From: Negativicutes bacterium
GTDB lineage: Bacteria > Bacillota > Negativicutes > UBA1444
NCBI GenBank assembly: GCA_963665275.2
Contig: CAXXIN010000013.1
Location: 128,001-192,000, forward strand
Direction: 5' to 3'
DNA: 64,000 nt
Numbering within the stretch: position 1 is the stretch's first letter; every line of letters begins with the position of its first letter. The position numbers and the translations under genes were made by a program. The notes beneath the pieces were generated by a model, which had not been told where the DNA came from, did not search any database, and saw nothing but the letters and a program-made list of their open reading frames with translations. Below are positions 39,301-49,101 of this stretch, piece after piece.

Positions 39301-39996
39301 TTAAAAGAACCGCCAACCGTTGCACCCATTCTGCTTGACTCCATACATGGCGCGATCTGCTTTTTTCATGAGAGTCTCCATATCCTCGCCATCAAACGGA
39401 AATAGACTGATGCCGATACTGGCGCCAATCAGAAACTCGACTGCCTCAAAAACAAAAGGTTTGTCCATCTCAGTCAAGATCCTCTCGGCGATATTTATGG
39501 CCACTTGACGATCCGGCAAACAATCCAATAGAACGATGAATTCATCACCGCCAATCCGACAGGCTATATCCCCTCCACGGATACAAGCAAGCAAGCGCTT
39601 TGCTGTGTCACGCAACACGGAGTCGCCCGCGTCATGACCTGCGTCATCATTAACAGCCTTGAACCGGTCCAGATCTATAAAAAGCAAAGCCATGGAACAT
39701 TCTTCGCGCTTTGCCCGAAAAATAGCCCGTGTCAACTGATCTCGAAACAGCACACGATTCGGCAGACCCGTCAGCGAGTCATAGTGAGCAAGTTCTCGAT
39801 AACGCGCTTCTGATCGACGAATCTTTTCCTGATACTCCAACAGTTCGGCATTGCGGATTTTCAATACCGACAAGTGGCTGGACAGCGATTCTTCCAACAG
39901 GACCCGGTTTTCCTCGCTGCGCGCCAATCGTTTCTCAAGAATACGGTTTTCTTTTTCCAGCGCCGTGATTCGCGCCTCGAGGTCCGATCCGGCCAA
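39301..39996 (-). CDS. diguanylate cyclase with N-terminal coiled coil
   Basis: [14 protein letters not shown]-site, GGDEF; probable TTG start at 39996 after GGGAGG (ORF extends to 40035). Confidence 0.9.
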   Translation of the reverse strand: MAGSDLEARITALEKENRILEKRLARSEENRVLLEESLSSHLSVLKIRNAELLEYQEKIRRSEARYRELAHYDSLTGLPNRVLFRDQLTRAIFRAKREECSMALLFIDLDRFKAVNDDAGHDAGDSVLRDTAKRLLACIRGGDIACRIGGDEFIVLLDCLPDRQVAINIAERILTEMDKPFVFEAVEFLIGASIGISLFPFDGEDMETLMKKADRAMYGVKQNGCNGWRFF

Positions 39997-40012
39997 GCTG
40001 TTTCCCTCCCGT

Positions 40013-41182
40013 TTACGCCTCTTCGCTTTCGCCAATCAAGACTGTCACAAACGTGGTCCCATGGAATAGATACGGATCCCCGTGTTGCAGCGGCCCGAAT
40101 TCGCCATAGCAGTAAAATCCGGCAAACGGCGTGTTTGGCAGGTGGGCTTGCACTTCTTGCGCTTCTTTGGAGATCTGAACTCCCATGCTCATTTTGCGTC
40201 CTGCGCAGGAAAACAGTAAAGCGGCAACAACATTTTTCCCGGCAAAGGAGTCCTGTGCTTGGCGAAGCGACGTCTGACAGGATTCGATCAGAGTGGCTTT
40301 GTCTGCCATGCCAATCTGAACCATAGACCCTTCAGCCACCTTTCCATTCAGCGTCACGCTGCCGCGCTCCGGATCGGATGCGGGCGCACTGCGCACATAG
40401 TATCGGTCGTCTCCCGCCGGAAATACCGCTAGGCAATAATTCATAAACAAATCATACTCGCCAACATATCGGCGAAAATAATCAAACGCCCGTTGCTCGC
40501 CAATCCGGTAAAGGACATTGTCGGTGACTTGCGTGACTGGCTCTTTGGCGCCAAGCGGCGAGTGGCCGCCTTTGATGCCGAAAGAATACGCAACGGGTCC
40601 GGCGAACAGCAGCATCGCCACACTGTCCGTGAATATTTCACTCTGACAAAACTGAAAGGTCTTCCTCTGTTTGGAATGGGCGGCCGCCGCCCCGCCGAAG
40701 ACCGGGAAGGCTTCACCGAGCACTCCTTGAATGCCTTTGTCCACGGCCGATACCCCGGCATTGAACGGATCGGTGAGAATGATGGCGAATTTTTCATGAC
40801 CGCTCTGCCGTTGCAAACGGCTGTGGGCGACATAAGCTGCCTCCCGACCGGAGCCTTCTCCATCCGAGGCCGCATTTTTGCCGACGCCGGCGCGGATTTC
40901 CACAGTATCGGAAACGAAAACCATCAATACCAGCGAATCATCGGTAAACCCCTTCTTCGACGCAATCTCTCCGTCCGTTGTGCAGCCGATAACCTCCATC
41001 GCAGGGTACTCCGCATGCAGCCGCGACAGGATCTCCGCATGATCCAAATCAATCGAGCAAAATACAATTCCGGCCTGCGGCTTCATCCCCTCAGGCAACT
41101 CCGAGCGTATTTGACCGATCACCTCCCGAACAGCTTCCGCTGTCAACGGATCTTCACTTTGTCCGACGATGGCCTGAAACAT
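40013..41182 (-). CDS. FIST N/C-domain sensor protein (NosP-like)
   Basis: VIGCTTDGEI, PVFGGAAA, FSCAGRK, GFYCYGEFGP. Confidence 0.9.
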   Translation of the reverse strand: MFQAIVGQSEDPLTAEAVREVIGQIRSELPEGMKPQAGIVFCSIDLDHAEILSRLHAEYPAMEVIGCTTDGEIASKKGFTDDSLVLMVFVSDTVEIRAGVGKNAASDGEGSGREAAYVAHSRLQRQSGHEKFAIILTDPFNAGVSAVDKGIQGVLGEAFPVFGGAAAAHSKQRKTFQFCQSEIFTDSVAMLLFAGPVAYSFGIKGGHSPLGAKEPVTQVTDNVLYRIGEQRAFDYFRRYVGEYDLFMNYCLAVFPAGDDRYYVRSAPASDPERGSVTLNGKVAEGSMVQIGMADKATLIESCQTSLRQAQDSFAGKNVVAALLFSCAGRKMSMGVQISKEAQEVQAHLPNTPFAGFYCYGEFGPLQHGDPYLFHGTTFVTVLIGESEEA

Positions 41183-41226
41183 ATGAACCGCCTCCCTTTC
41201 ATTCATAAGGACCCTAACTGGTAAAG

Positions 41227-43008
41227 CTATGAATTTCCAAAAAGATCCGGCTCGTTGAACAGTTCGTCAGCCATACTGACAAACGCAGCCACAAGCGCCG
41301 GATCAAATTGCGTTCCAGAATTCAATCTCAACTGATGAAGAATTTCCGTCTTTTTCAAAGCCTTTCGGTAGGGACGATCCACTGCCATAGCCGCCACTGA
41401 ATCGGCTACGGAGCAAATGCGAACCAAGAGGGGAATGGTTTCCCCCTCTAATTGATGCGGATACCCTGTTCCGTCCCATTTCTCATGGTGGTATAAAACG
41501 ATTTGTCTGCCGTCGCCAATATAGCTGTTATTTTTCAACAGTTCATGTCCGATGGCAGGATGGTTTTTCATCGTCGCATATTCCAAACTCGTCAGCGCGC
41601 TTTCCTTTAATAAAACACTATCATTCAAGGAAAGCTTGCCAATATCGTGCAGCAAAGATCCCCAATTGAGCTGCAGCAGTTCTTTTTCCGACAACGACAG
41701 CTTTCGTCCCATGGTCATGGAAATTTTATTGGCCAATAGACAGTGCTCCGCCGTATCACTTTCGCGTGCCAACAATGTCTTGAGAAAGGTGGTCAGCATC
41801 ACCACATCCGGCGACAACGCTCCGCCTTTGGCATCAGCTTCAAGCTTGGTAGTAAGCTCCGAAATTGTCTGGCTCTCAAAAGCGATATCATTCATCCGAG
41901 TCACGACTATGCCGCCCATGCGGAATTGTCCGTCCTGATAAGTGCATACCCGGTTGCGGCCCGACTCCTTGGCAGCATACATGGCGGTATCCGCATCTTG
42001 AATCAATTGTTCGGCGCTGATCCCATTTTTCGCCTCCGCCATACCGATGCTCACGGTAATTTGGCCGCAGAGGTGATCGGGCCCCATCGGAAAGTCATGC
42101 GTCTCTACGATCCCACGCATCCGCAAGGCCAGAATCTCAGCCTGAGTAGCATCTACCGCCGGCATTATGAGCAAAAATTCTTCGCCGCCAAACCTGCCGA
42201 GGACATCTTGACTGCGAACATTTTCGGTCAACAACTCCGCCAATTCCGCCAATAGAACATCGCCGCTGACATGCCCATAGGTGTCGTTATATTTCTTAAA
42301 ATAATCAATATCCATCATCAACAGCCAAAGGGATTTGCCTGAGCGCTCAGCCTGCGCCAGTTCTTCCTCCAGTCGTTGCATCAAATAGCTGGCATTGAAA
42401 AGGTTGGTCTTAGCATCCCTGATCGCCATTTCCCGTAAGATATCCTGCGTAGTCTGCAAGTCACCAATGGTAACAATTACTTTAGATTCCGCCGTTCGGA
42501 TAATTTTCAGAGGAAACTTGTATATGGCAACAGCAAAAAAGACTCCAAGAAAACCAAAAAAGCTGATGGCAATAGCCGCCGCTTGCCAGAGAGCCTCCAT
42601 ATTTTCAACGATTTCGAGAACTCCATAAGTTTGCCCCAGATATTTGATTGGAGTTTTCGTAGTAATAGCGAACCCAGGCACGGGGCTAAAGTTTTGCTCA
42701 AAAACTGTTGTCCCCACTTGATTGGATATGCGGATCAGTGCGACAACTTCGCTCTGCGGCATTCGATGGGTGGTTTCGACAAAACGAGGAACATCAAAAA
42801 ACCAAAACTCCGGGTTATCTTGTATCGCCAACTGAAGATTTTCCGCCAGCAGTTCTCCTCTCAGCATCGCATACATTTCCCGGTCCCGATAACTCATGAT
42901 GATGAAAGTCGCCGGCAGCGCTATAGCGGTGATCAATCCGATAATCACCGCCAGCCAAATCATTCGTTTGGAAAACTCCTTGGAAAAACTTACTGTATTC
43001 TGCAACAC
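41227..43008 (-). CDS. membrane-bound GGDEF + HD-GYP protein
   Basis: Two TM segments, RSQD I-site, GGEEF, LHDIGK, HHEKWDGTGYP. Confidence 0.92.
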   Translation of the reverse strand: MLQNTVSFSKEFSKRMIWLAVIIGLITAIALPATFIIMSYRDREMYAMLRGELLAENLQLAIQDNPEFWFFDVPRFVETTHRMPQSEVVALIRISNQVGTTVFEQNFSPVPGFAITTKTPIKYLGQTYGVLEIVENMEALWQAAAIAISFFGFLGVFFAVAIYKFPLKIIRTAESKVIVTIGDLQTTQDILREMAIRDAKTNLFNASYLMQRLEEELAQAERSGKSLWLLMMDIDYFKKYNDTYGHVSGDVLLAELAELLTENVRSQDVLGRFGGEEFLLIMPAVDATQAEILALRMRGIVETHDFPMGPDHLCGQITVSIGMAEAKNGISAEQLIQDADTAMYAAKESGRNRVCTYQDGQFRMGGIVVTRMNDIAFESQTISELTTKLEADAKGGALSPDVVMLTTFLKTLLARESDTAEHCLLANKISMTMGRKLSLSEKELLQLNWGSLLHDIGKLSLNDSVLLKESALTSLEYATMKNHPAIGHELLKNNSYIGDGRQIVLYHHEKWDGTGYPHQLEGETIPLLVRICSVADSVAAMAVDRPYRKALKKTEILHQLRLNSGTQFDPALVAAFVSMADELFNEPDLFGNS

Positions 43009-43016
43009 ACACCTAC

Positions 43017-43904
43017 CTAACGAGATGGCGTCCCGCCGTTAGCCACAATAATGCCGCGCCCTTCATCCGATGTTGCAAATGCAACAAATGCCTTGGCCCG
43101 CTCGCTCAACGAGTCTTTATATACAAAACTTAACTGTTTGCTGTACGGATAGGACCCGGCTTGAATATTCTCCGGAGTTGCCGCCACACCCTTCACCGTC
43201 AGCGCCTTGATCCCGGAATTGATTGTGATATCCGTCGTATCGGTATGGCCAAAAACACCCGGTTTGTTTCGCAGGGCAGTCGACATATCCACATCATGGT
43301 ACATGACCTGCCAGCGTTTTTCATGCAATGATTCAGCAATAGTTTTTTCAAGTCCCGGAATCAGCTGAAACAAGATCTGGTTGGAGCTGTCATGCATCCC
43401 CCGAATCAGCACGACAATCTTGCTGCCATCACTCCAGGTGGTTTTCAGGCCCTGATGGATTTTCAGAATATCTTCCAAGCTGACATCATTATCAGGAGTG
43501 CTCGGATGCGTGGCAAAGACAATCCCTACCCGCGCATAGGGGATCTCTTTCAGTCCCCCCGATTTTTCCGCCGCAGTCAACTCGCGTGATATCAGCCCCA
43601 GATCGAGAGTTCCTGTCTGCACGGCCTTGATCGCTCCATCCGAGCCGATGCTTTTGGGCACTTCGATACTGCTGTTGTTTTTTTTATTATAGGCAGCCGC
43701 CAATTTTTCGGTGATCGGCAGATTGGTCCCGGAGCCTGCAACGACAAACCTGTTGGAGGAGAGAACTACCGGCGCAGGTTTCGCCGTTTGATTGACATTT
43801 GGCGGCGAAGCCTGATTGGAGCAGCCGGCAATCAACGCCAGTACACTCAAAAATACCAACACATATTTTCTTCGTATTTTCATCGTTCCACCAACAGTTT
43901 TCAC
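43017..43904 (-). CDS. PstS/PBP2-like substrate-binding lipoprotein
   Basis: IAGC lipobox, AGSGTN, GSDGAIKAV..G.LDLGLISREL, GSYPYSK. Confidence 0.82.
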   Translation of the reverse strand: MKTVGGTMKIRRKYVLVFLSVLALIAGCSNQASPPNVNQTAKPAPVVLSSNRFVVAGSGTNLPITEKLAAAYNKKNNSSIEVPKSIGSDGAIKAVQTGTLDLGLISRELTAAEKSGGLKEIPYARVGIVFATHPSTPDNDVSLEDILKIHQGLKTTWSDGSKIVVLIRGMHDSSNQILFQLIPGLEKTIAESLHEKRWQVMYHDVDMSTALRNKPGVFGHTDTTDITINSGIKALTVKGVAATPENIQAGSYPYSKQLSFVYKDSLSERAKAFVAFATSDEGRGIIVANGGTPSR

Positions 43905-43916
43905 AGCAACATCCCC

Positions 43917-45650
43917 TTACACCCGGAACTTGGACAATGCACTCTGCAGTTCAGTTGCCAATTGCGCCAGCGCCTGGCTGGCAGAGGCGATTTCTTCCAT
44001 GGAGGCGGACTGCTCTTCTGTCGCCGCCGATACGTTCTGCGATTCTGCCGCCGCTTCGCGGCTGAGACTTTCCACCTCTTTAATCGATCCGACAATGCGT
44101 TGGCTGCCGACAGCGGCCTCATTGATCGCGGTGGCAATGATGCGGACCTGCTCGGTAACCCGAACGATCTGTCCATTGATGGCGCCGAAGTTGGTTCCGG
44201 CCACATTGACCAGCTCCACCCCGTGGTTTATGTCACGAATGGCGGTATCAATCGCGCCTACCACATTTCCAATGCTGCTATGGTTTTGCTCGACCAGTTT
44301 TTTAATCTGATGCGCTGCAGTTTCGGACTGTTCCGCCAGCTTGCGGACTTCTTCGGCCACAACGGCGAACCCGCGTCCCTGCTCCCCGGCCCGCGCCGCT
44401 TCGATAGCGGCATTGAGCGCCAAGAGGTTCGTCTGTCCGGCGATGGTCGAAATCAGTCCCACGATTTCGCCAATTTGCGCCGAGCTTTCCTTGAGCTCTA
44501 CCGCCGCAGTCTGCGCCTGCTTGGCCCCCACGCTGACCTCACCCATTTGGGTTACCGCCTGGTCCACGGAGTTTTTTCCTTCGACCGCAGCAGCGGCGGT
44601 TTGTTCGGACATTGTCGCCATCTCGGCGGCGGTGGCGGAAACTTCTTCCATCGTCGCCGAAATTTCCTGTACGATGGCTGAAGTGTCGTTGACCGCGCCA
44701 ACTTGCTTCTCGCTGCCCGTCGCTACCTGTTGGATGGAAGTCGCAACGTTGGTGGACGCCAGAGCCGACTGCTCAGCATTGGCGGTCAGTTCTTCAGAGG
44801 ACGCCGCCAGTTGTTCAGCGCTTTGCGATACCTGGCCGATCAAAGTCCGGATACTGCGCAGCATCCGGTCGAAGGATCGGCCCATGTCGCCGAATTCATC
44901 ACGCCGTTTCAAATAGCTTGCGTCAATATCCTTATTAAAATACCCCTGGGCCATCTCGTCCAATCGTTCGCAGACTGCCAGCAACGGCTTGGTAATCATT
45001 CGAGTCAGGTAGAAACTGACGATGATGACCATTAGCAGCGCTACTACGCTGAACACAAGGGTCGTGGTCTTCACCGAACCGGCTGTTGCGCTGGAAGCGG
45101 CCATCTGATCGGCGATCGCCTTTCGATTGTCCGCCACCTGAGCAATGGTCGTTTTATTAATGTCTTCCGTCACCTTGACCAGCGTGGTACCGATTTCAAT
45201 GAACTGGTCTTCCATTGTTTTGAGAGCGACCGGATTCAACGTACTGGAACTTTTTTCCCGATGATACTGCTGCACAACCGGAAACAATTTTCCTTGAATA
45301 TTGTCCTTATAGTGCTTTATATCGGCAATGAGTTTTTCGACTTGCGTCTTTTTCTCCGGCCTCGCCACTTGCAGTAACTCCGTAGAGATTTTTATCGCTT
45401 CATCATATTTATCAATAGCTTGTTTCGCAAAGGTTTCTTTACCATAAAGCATATATCCCCGCGAAGCTAGCACGCCTTCTGTGAATTTCTGGTCCACTGC
45501 GCTCACTAATTCTACCCGTTGACTGCTCCGCTGAATCGAGACCATTTGTGTTTCCACATTACTGGCGGAATAGTAGGAAGTCCCGCCCATTGCCAGCAAT
45601 ACCAGAATGACCATACAGAATCCCAGCCCAATTTTTGCTCCAACCTTCAT
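43917..45650 (-). CDS. methyl-accepting chemotaxis protein (helical-bundle/CHASE3-like sensor)
   Basis: Two TM segments, SRGYMLYG, HAMP, conserved MCP hairpin. Confidence 0.94.
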   Translation of the reverse strand: MKVGAKIGLGFCMVILVLLAMGGTSYYSASNVETQMVSIQRSSQRVELVSAVDQKFTEGVLASRGYMLYGKETFAKQAIDKYDEAIKISTELLQVARPEKKTQVEKLIADIKHYKDNIQGKLFPVVQQYHREKSSSTLNPVALKTMEDQFIEIGTTLVKVTEDINKTTIAQVADNRKAIADQMAASSATAGSVKTTTLVFSVVALLMVIIVSFYLTRMITKPLLAVCERLDEMAQGYFNKDIDASYLKRRDEFGDMGRSFDRMLRSIRTLIGQVSQSAEQLAASSEELTANAEQSALASTNVATSIQQVATGSEKQVGAVNDTSAIVQEISATMEEVSATAAEMATMSEQTAAAAVEGKNSVDQAVTQMGEVSVGAKQAQTAAVELKESSAQIGEIVGLISTIAGQTNLLALNAAIEAARAGEQGRGFAVVAEEVRKLAEQSETAAHQIKKLVEQNHSSIGNVVGAIDTAIRDINHGVELVNVAGTNFGAINGQIVRVTEQVRIIATAINEAAVGSQRIVGSIKEVESLSREAAAESQNVSAATEEQSASMEEIASASQALAQLATELQSALSKFRV

Positions 45651-45713
45651 TTTCCATGTTCCCCTTTCCCTTTTACAATTCACTGTTTTCTATTTGTCCT
45701 TGATGCTTTTAGG

Positions 45714-48254
45714 TTATGCTGAATCCGTCTCTGTACTTTCCGACATATAACTACTGCAAAAATAATCCATGCCGCAATTATCAGCAGCTTCGCTATGTAA
45801 AAGGGCTTCCATCTTGTCGGCAGGCATCGGTCTATGGAAGTAATATCCCTGGATCTCGTCGCAGCCTTTCTGTACCAGATACTCCAACTCCTCGGCGGTT
45901 TCCACGCCTTCCGCAATAACCTTCAAGCTGAGATTGTGCGCCAGGTCAATGATGGAACTGACTATCGCCTCATCCTTCCGGTTCTTGCCAATGCCGGAAA
46001 TAAAAGGTTGCGCGATCTTCAAACGATCCACCGATACAGTTTTGATCGTCATAAACGAAGAATAGTCAGTACCAAAATCGTCAACGGCGAGGGCAATATT
46101 GTTTTGTTTAATGCGCTCCAAAATGGAAGCCATTTCCTCGTCTTTGGCAAATGCCATGCTTTCCGTAATTTCAAACTCAATCCGCCGCGGATCAGCCCTC
46201 ATCGTCGCAATACAAGATTTAACCTGGTCTTCAAAATCGCGCTCCCTCAGTTGGCGAGCCGATAAATTGACCGCCATGATCAAATGCTCGAATCCCTGTT
46301 CATGCCAACGCCGCAACTGGTCACAGGCTTGATTCATGACCCAATTTCCGATGGGAACGATGAGGCCCGTTTCTTCTGCAATGGGAATGAATCGGCTGGG
46401 CGGGATCAACTCCCCAGGTTCTACCCGCCAACGCAGCAAGGCTTCCACTCCGCTGATCTTACGGGTCTTTAGATTGACCTGCGGTTGATAATACAGCTCC
46501 AGTTCACCTTTCTCCATGGCCCGAAACAGTCTGTTGCGAAGCTGATTTCTTTCGAGCACTTTCTTTTTCATCAGGGTCGATGAAAATCGATAATCGTTTT
46601 TCCCAGCCCTTTTCGCAGCATACATGGCAATATCCGCGTTTTTTATCAAAGTATCGGCGTCTTTTCCATCATCAGGATAAAATGCAATTCCCATGCTGAC
46701 CGAAAGAAACGCTTCGCTGCCATCAATCAAAAACGGCTTCTCAAACAGTTGTTTAAACCGATCAACATACTTTGCCACAGTGCGCTGGAAGTCCTTATGA
46801 GGGAGTCCTTCCATGAGCAGCAGAAATTCATCGCCGCCGATGCGACACAGGGCATCCCCTTTTCTACTGATGCTCCGCATCCGCTCCGCAACTTCCTCCA
46901 ATGCCAAGTCTCCGTTCGAATGCCCAAAAGAATCGTTGAGCGTTTTGAAATTGTCCAAATCAAAGAATATAACCGCTAGAGTGTCCCCGAACACCTCTGC
47001 TTTCGTGATTGCCGCGTTGGCCTTATCACAAAATTGCCGCCGATTGGGTAAGCCGGTAAGGATGTCGAAATTGGCCGCATATAGCGCTTGTGTTTCAGCC
47101 GCTGTTCGATCCAGCACCTCTTGTTGCAGCGACAAATTGCTTTCCGCCAGTTCTGCTGTTCGGTCCCGTACCTTGGTTTCCAGTTCATCGTTGGCCTGCT
47201 TCAAGCGTTCTTCGTATCTCTTCTGATCGCCTATATCATGCAATAATAGAATCATTCCCAAGGTTTCGCCGAATTCATCCACCAATGCCTTGCTGGACAG
47301 CAGGCAGGGAACCGTAACCGTCGGGATGCTCGTTTTCAGCAATACTTCGCTCTTTTTTCCACGGGGCTTTGGCATCATCAACCGCCCTACGTCCTCACGC
47401 TTACGATCGGCAATGACCACGGATAACCTCTGCCCCACCAGATCAGGTTCAACAAATCCGGTCAGTTCCAAAAAACTGGCGTTGACTTCCCGAATCACCG
47501 TGTCAGTCCCCACGAGAAGAACTGGATCGATCATTCTTTGCAAAATTTGGCTCGCAGCCGTATGAAAATTGAGTGTCAATAATTTGTACCGCACGATGGC
47601 ATAGGAGATCGCCAACGTAAAAATAGTTGAAAGCAAAATCGCCACCGGCAACACGGGATAACCCAACAACGGCAAGTACGTGTCAAAAGGAACCGCGAGC
47701 ACATAGACCGCCAGCATCGCGCTGACGATAATCCGAGCCTGTCGTTTTTCCCGGACGTTGTCAGCCCGCTTTCCCCAGCGGTAAATCAGCCAGAAACCCA
47801 TCATCGCATATGCCGTGTAATAGACAATGAAAGCGATCTGCCACCCCACTTCCCCTGTATATAGATATACCCAACCCCATTCGGTGTGTGTCAGATACTC
47901 CGGCGATAAAGCGACATTGTAGAGAAAGAAAACCAGCGGAGGCAAGTGGAGGATTTTTTTTGCGAAAGGATTTGCCAGCCAACCTTTATGATTTGTGAAA
48001 TTTAATGCAAACAATAAAAACACACTGTAAAAAAAGCACCAGCCGATCGCTGAAAAAGCCCGCCAATTCATCGCTGCAGCTGCGCTTGGCGCAGTAAGGG
48101 TAAACGTATATCCGCATCCCCAGAAAAAAAGCGTTATGCACATCATCAAAAACACGCGATTTGCGCCGGCACGGCGATTCGCGAGAAAAACCCACACGCC
48201 TAACCCCAGATTCAATATTGCGGCCGTATAGGCAAACAAAGCGGCGATCAGCAC
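45714..48254 (-). CDS. 7TM (HisKA_7TM-like)-PAS-GGDEF-EAL protein
   Basis: Seven hydrophobic segments ending YAIVRYKLL; RKGD I-site, [20 protein letters not shown]; GTG 48254 after AAGGAG. Confidence 0.9.
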   Translation of the reverse strand: MLIAALFAYTAAILNLGLGVWVFLANRRAGANRVFLMMCITLFFWGCGYTFTLTAPSAAAAMNWRAFSAIGWCFFYSVFLLFALNFTNHKGWLANPFAKKILHLPPLVFFLYNVALSPEYLTHTEWGWVYLYTGEVGWQIAFIVYYTAYAMMGFWLIYRWGKRADNVREKRQARIIVSAMLAVYVLAVPFDTYLPLLGYPVLPVAILLSTIFTLAISYAIVRYKLLTLNFHTAASQILQRMIDPVLLVGTDTVIREVNASFLELTGFVEPDLVGQRLSVVIADRKREDVGRLMMPKPRGKKSEVLLKTSIPTVTVPCLLSSKALVDEFGETLGMILLLHDIGDQKRYEERLKQANDELETKVRDRTAELAESNLSLQQEVLDRTAAETQALYAANFDILTGLPNRRQFCDKANAAITKAEVFGDTLAVIFFDLDNFKTLNDSFGHSNGDLALEEVAERMRSISRKGDALCRIGGDEFLLLMEGLPHKDFQRTVAKYVDRFKQLFEKPFLIDGSEAFLSVSMGIAFYPDDGKDADTLIKNADIAMYAAKRAGKNDYRFSSTLMKKKVLERNQLRNRLFRAMEKGELELYYQPQVNLKTRKISGVEALLRWRVEPGELIPPSRFIPIAEETGLIVPIGNWVMNQACDQLRRWHEQGFEHLIMAVNLSARQLRERDFEDQVKSCIATMRADPRRIEFEITESMAFAKDEEMASILERIKQNNIALAVDDFGTDYSSFMTIKTVSVDRLKIAQPFISGIGKNRKDEAIVSSIIDLAHNLSLKVIAEGVETAEELEYLVQKGCDEIQGYYFHRPMPADKMEALLHSEAADNCGMDYFCSSYMSESTETDSA

Positions 48255-48450
48255 TGTCAAAAGCTCCTTTGTCAACACATGTATATTGCTGGAAACGAAA
48301 CAAAAATAGGCAAACACGCCTTGTCGCCTGTTATATTTTGTCATAGTTGGGCAAGCTGCGACAATTGCCTGACGAAGCAGTATTTTATTACCTTTATCCG
48401 TGCACACTATCCAAGTGGGATAGTCGGCGAGGAAAAAAACGGAATCAAGC

Positions 48451-48475
48451 AGGAGAATCTTCCACCGAAACGAAA
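48451..48475 (+). promoter_or_regulatory. SigH-type promoter
   Basis: GCAGGA-N17-GAAA. Confidence 0.45.
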
Positions 48476-48518
48476 ATAACTGTATTATCCAAATATAACA
48501 AGCAAGGGAGCGAGCACT

Positions 48519-49046
48519 ATGACACGCAAGTACGAATTCAACTGGGACCTCTTGGGGGACATCGACGAAGGAAGGCCCAATCTGGGGCCCCTGGTACGAC
48601 TTGAAGTATATCGTCTGATGCAGTTCTGCTTTCGCGATGTGCTGGAAAGAAATTATGGTGCAGCTACTACAGATCGTTTATTTGCCGAAGCAGGCGACCT
48701 AGCTGGAAAGCATTTCTTTCAACATGCAGTACCTCACTGTGACAATGTCGGTGATTTCATCCAATCTTTGCAAACAGCCCTCCTGGAAAACGGCATCGGA
48801 ATCTTACGTTTGGAAGAAGCGGACTATGTTCGGGGACGCTTTACACTCAGCATCGCTGAGGATCTGGATTGTTCCGGTTTGCCTGAATTGGGCGACGAGA
48901 TTTGCGTCTATGACGAAGGATTTATTGCCGGATTATTGGAAAGCTTCACCGGTGATAAGTATCATGTCAAAGAAATAGATTGTTGGTGTACCGGCGACCG
49001 AACCTGCCGTTTCGTTGCTGAAATTGTAGAATCCTGTAAGGCTTAG
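48519..49046 (+). CDS. stand-alone V4R-domain protein
   Basis: [39 protein letters not shown]. Confidence 0.9.
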   Translation: MTRKYEFNWDLLGDIDEGRPNLGPLVRLEVYRLMQFCFRDVLERNYGAATTDRLFAEAGDLAGKHFFQHAVPHCDNVGDFIQSLQTALLENGIGILRLEEADYVRGRFTLSIAEDLDCSGLPELGDEICVYDEGFIAGLLESFTGDKYHVKEIDCWCTGDRTCRFVAEIVESCKA

Positions 49047-49101
49047 CCCGTGCAACTACAAGAAAACATCGATTTTACCTTAATCGTTACCGCGCTAAGG
49101 G

